Program-made: the position numbers and the translations under genes
The notes under the pieces: model-generated
The model's input: only the letters and a program-made list of their open reading frames with translations
Database searches by the model: none
What the model was told of the DNA's origin: nothing
Source of the DNA: Takakia lepidozioides
Lineage: Eukaryota; Plantae; Bryophyta
Assembly: GCA_030704615.1 (NCBI GenBank)
Contig: CM060733.1
Span: forward strand, 32,488,001 to 32,552,000
Reading direction: 5' to 3'
DNA length: 64,000 nt
Part shown: positions 60,802 through 64,000 of the stretch, piece after piece
Layout of the letters: every line of letters starts with the position of its first letter
Numbering within the stretch: position 1 is the first letter of the stretch

Positions 60802-61968
60802 CCCTTAAGTGCCCAAGCGACCCATTCTGGGTCGGTTGGGTTTGCTTAACCAGCCATAACTTCATGTGGATAAGGCTGACTGGGCCTTTTTTGGGCTCAA
60901 TCGATAGAAAATCGGGTCCCCCTTCATATGGCATTGGCCAATTGGTCAATGCCTGAAGGGGTATGGGTCTGGACCAATTGGAAGGGGGCACACTCAGCTT
61001 TTTGAGGCCAATTTGGCCCCCCTAACCTGCCCAAGTTGCTGACATGGCAACTGCGGTCAGGTTAGGGTGACTGAAAAATACCCCATAAAGGTTAGGGCGG
61101 CACGCTCCCCCAAACCCCTTGATTGCCCGGCAAGGGCATGGCGCCCGGCACAGGTCTTGGCATTCCCAGGCCTGGGCCCTAGCCTGAATCGACGGCGATG
61201 GCAGATCCGGCCAACGCCATGCAGGGTGGGCTGGAGGGAGTGTAGCCGCGGTAGAGCTCGGGGGTCGAGAAAAACGCCACGAGGGGTGGGCCAAACCTAG
61301 GGCCGGGGTTTGAGAGGGTTGAGGGTGGAGTGGCCCCCCATGAAAGCAGGGCCGGGTAGTTCCCAAACCCCGTGCCCTTCTGGGCTATGGCTCCAAATAT
61401 CCTAGGCCTGCAGGCTATAACATAGGTGTGCCATTTGAAGTCTTGGGCAGGGAACCTAAAGATGTGAGGGCAATTACCGATTGGTCCCAAACTTTTTTGG
61501 GGATCTCATATGGATGTTCATGACATTTCAACCGGAATTGAACGGCTGAATTTGTTTGTATAATTTTAGGAAGAGATATTTTGGCCTGCCCAAAGCAAAT
61601 GGCATATTTTGACCCCCCAATTTGTCACTACAAAGGAGCCCACTTGAGAACATTTCAGAAAAAACTGAAAAATTATGAGGATGTGTTATCAGGTATGGTA
61701 CAACATTCTTGAGACTCTCAAAAAAAGAGAAATTAAAACTGCCCAAATACGAGCAAAAAACTGCTTTTTTTGGTACCTATTTCTTAGTGAAGAGTTTTTT
61801 TTGTCCCCACTCTACACTTTATAATCTTCTGATCTGGCAGTTGGAATTTGATGAAACTTTTTGTGGCAGGAGGTGGGGGACAGAGAGATTTTCAAGATGA
61901 AAATGTTTTTGTGGGCCAGGGTCATTTTTTTCCACGAGAGGGTGAAAATGAGTCTGGGCACTTGAGGG
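60802..61968. mobile_element. Non-autonomous DNA transposon with piggyBac-type termini (TTAA TSD, 14-bp TIR starting CCCT)
   Basis: TTAA|CCCTTAAGTGCCCA at 60798-60815 and TGGGCACTTGAGGG|TTAA at 61955-61972 (1 mismatch). GC-rich interior with no recognisable transposase. Confidence 0.75.
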
Positions 61969-63420
61969 TTAAACTCATCTGTTCTTATTTAACCCGGCAC
62001 CACCGTCATCTAGAGTTGGAATCTTAGGGGCTTAAAAACTAATATTTGTGCTTTGAGTTGTGTTTATATGAGTAGCACCCAAAATCCTGAGATAAGAGGT
62101 CCTCCAGTAAGGTAACTAGACAGTAGGTTGAGTACTGTCCAGTTATCTACTTCATTGGAAACTTCAAGATGCCCAATGGGTGACATTTCTTATGATATTA
62201 TTAAGTTCCCACTTTCTTCTCCAAAAATGTGCTCAAGAATTCCGTAAACACCAGATGTTCGCGTACTTATTATTCTGTAAGATGGCGGTTAAATTGCATG
62301 ACATTATTGTGCTCTTAAAGACTATTTAATCAGTCTCCATCTTTTTGATGTGAAAGCATTGAGATGATGAGTTCTCATGTCCTCTTGGGTTTCCAAAAGT
62401 GATGCATGAACAGGAACACAAGCATATGGCCGTATGAGGTCACGATCTCTTTCACCGGGGTATGCTCTTAATTTGGATTTTGAGTTGGTTGTCTTGAAAA
62501 TTGGTTACCCTACTCTAAGCCAAATCTAATGTGGGATTTGGCCAATGACTTTGTCTTATGTAAGTTTCCCATTGGGTGTCACTGTGAAGTCCGATTCTAC
62601 TTGAATTAGTAATAGGTTTGAAGCAACTATGTTATGTGAATCGAGATGAAAATGTATCTCATATATTTTTGTTTCATGTGTTGCAAAGCCAATCAAAATA
62701 AACTGTTATCCTCCATGAAAAGCTTTCAAAATGAATTCATTCGATAGTTGTAATATCTAGCACATATAACTGGATCGGATCTTATAAGTTCAGTAATATC
62801 CCTTGGTTCTAATTTGTCAATAAATATATCGACGTTTGGTTTATGGCTTAGTTCACAATTTCTCTTTAGTACTGGTTTTTATTTATTTTCGGCGGTTGTA
62901 AATGTTACGAAAAAAAGTTGGTGGACCGAGTTGACATATCATAGCAGACACTTCTTTGCGTAATCGTTCTAAATGGTCTAGCAATGTTTGATGCCTTACA
63001 ATTCTGTATAGCCTCTAAATCAGACCGAAAAATAATAATTTAATTTAATATAGACACCTCCCCAAGGGAGCCTAAATTATGGTGTCTCTTCACCACAAGG
63101 CTACTGTCTTCCAGCAGACAGAAGAATACTATCTAGATTTGGTTCAATAGCTACGTCGGCTGCTTTTAATGTGAGTCTTGAGTGCAAGTTTCCTTTTCTA
63201 ATATGTATCCAAGATGAAGATAAAACATAGTGTATAAGTATTCTTATTGCTTTAAAAAATATGTTTGGAATACGGGATGCAAAATCATGATTTGTATCTA
63301 ATAATTCCCATTTCACTATTTTATAATATGTTGGTTTTATACGTGACGGTCTTGCAGTCCCAAAAAAAAATTTTGGAAAATGGTACTCTTTACAGTTTCG
63401 ATGGAGAAGATTATACCACA

Positions 63421-63497
63421 CCCGTCAAGGTAGCAGGATTTGAACCCAGATTCACCTGGGTGGCTCTGAGTGCTCTATCCAACTAAAGATACAGACC
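63421..63497 (-). pseudogene. tRNA-derived sequence (SINE head or tRNA pseudogene)
   Basis: Minus strand GGTCTGTATCTTTAGTTGGATAGAGCA (A-box-like) and GGTTCAAATCC (B box). The acceptor and anticodon stems do not pair properly. Confidence 0.5.
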
Positions 63498-63836
63498 GGT
63501 GGTCACGCTATTGTTAAGTTAAAGAAATGACTGTAAAACAAAACATTATGGACCAAATTAGGAATACAAGAGATTTTGACTGAGTGACTTGAAAGGTGCC
63601 ACTTGGCAAGCGGGGGTGCGTGATATATGAAATCAGACCCCACAGTCGATAAGGGTCTAGTCGTGTAGTCGAGGTGCAGGCAGGTCCGAGCTTGCGAGCT
63701 ATGGATTCTCTGCTGCCCTGCTCCTACTAGACCATGCCAGTGGGTGCGAGATAAAGAAAGAAAGGAAGAGGGAGGGGGACAGCAATCGAAGGGGAGAGGG
63801 AGGAGGGATTGGGAAGGGGGCCACAAGAAGTGGCCC

Positions 63837-64000
63837 ATGGATCACAGTGAGGAGCTGGAGTATGGGGGAAACTTGGATGTGGGAGAGTTTATGGGAGATG
63901 AAGGAGATGGGTTGCAGGACGATGAGCTGAGTGATGACGATATTGATGTGGACGAGCTTGAGAAGAGAATATGGCGGGACAGGTTGCGGCTGAAGCGAAT
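63837..64000 (+). CDS. EIN3/EIL: 5' end of an EIN3/EIL ethylene-signalling transcription factor (runs off the window)
   Basis: MDHSEELEYGG...DDELSDDDIDVDELEKRIWRDRLRLKRI matches the EIN3 N-terminal SDEEIDVDELERRMWRD..RLKRL motif. Confidence 0.9.
   Translation, partial: MDHSEELEYGGNLDVGEFMGDEGDGLQDDELSDDDIDVDELEKRIWRDRLRLKR

Overview
This is eukaryotic nuclear DNA from a land plant. The GT-AG introns, the PPR style and the abundance of PLS-class PPRs suggest a non-seed plant, probably a bryophyte (inference). Recognisable genes are a PMT17/18-like DUF248 methyltransferase (6 coding exons), APC8/CDC23 (6 exons), tRNA-Pro(UGG), an OPI10/Hikeshi homolog (2 exons, minus strand), the start of an EIN3/EIL gene at the right edge, a truncated intronless SIN3-like PAH protein, and an acidic ORF with SIM-like motifs. 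The centre (about 21-42 kb) is a birth-and-death cluster of PLS-class PPR RNA-editing genes: one intact PLS-E-DYW gene, two long arrays whose DYW domain has decayed, and several fragments. The most notable observation is that four PPR units in the cluster (the two long plus-strand arrays and two pseudogene fragments) are preceded by small exons encoding the intron-split PDF motif (W..F..PSQWWDNR..K / ..PDFKHK...LW.D...P.WV...L) of OSB organellar ssDNA-binding proteins. In one locus these exons splice in frame into the PPR array, predicting a PDF-PPR(-DYW) fusion family. The intact DYW gene shares only the linker. Mobile DNA is diverse: a CACTA end, an L1/Tx1-type LINE, a CRE-like fragment with a restriction-like endonuclease, Copia remnants, microsatellite-tailed 5'-truncated retroposons with target-site duplications (TSDs), and a TTAA-flanked element with piggyBac-type termini. 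All calls were made by eye from motif recognition, without database searches.
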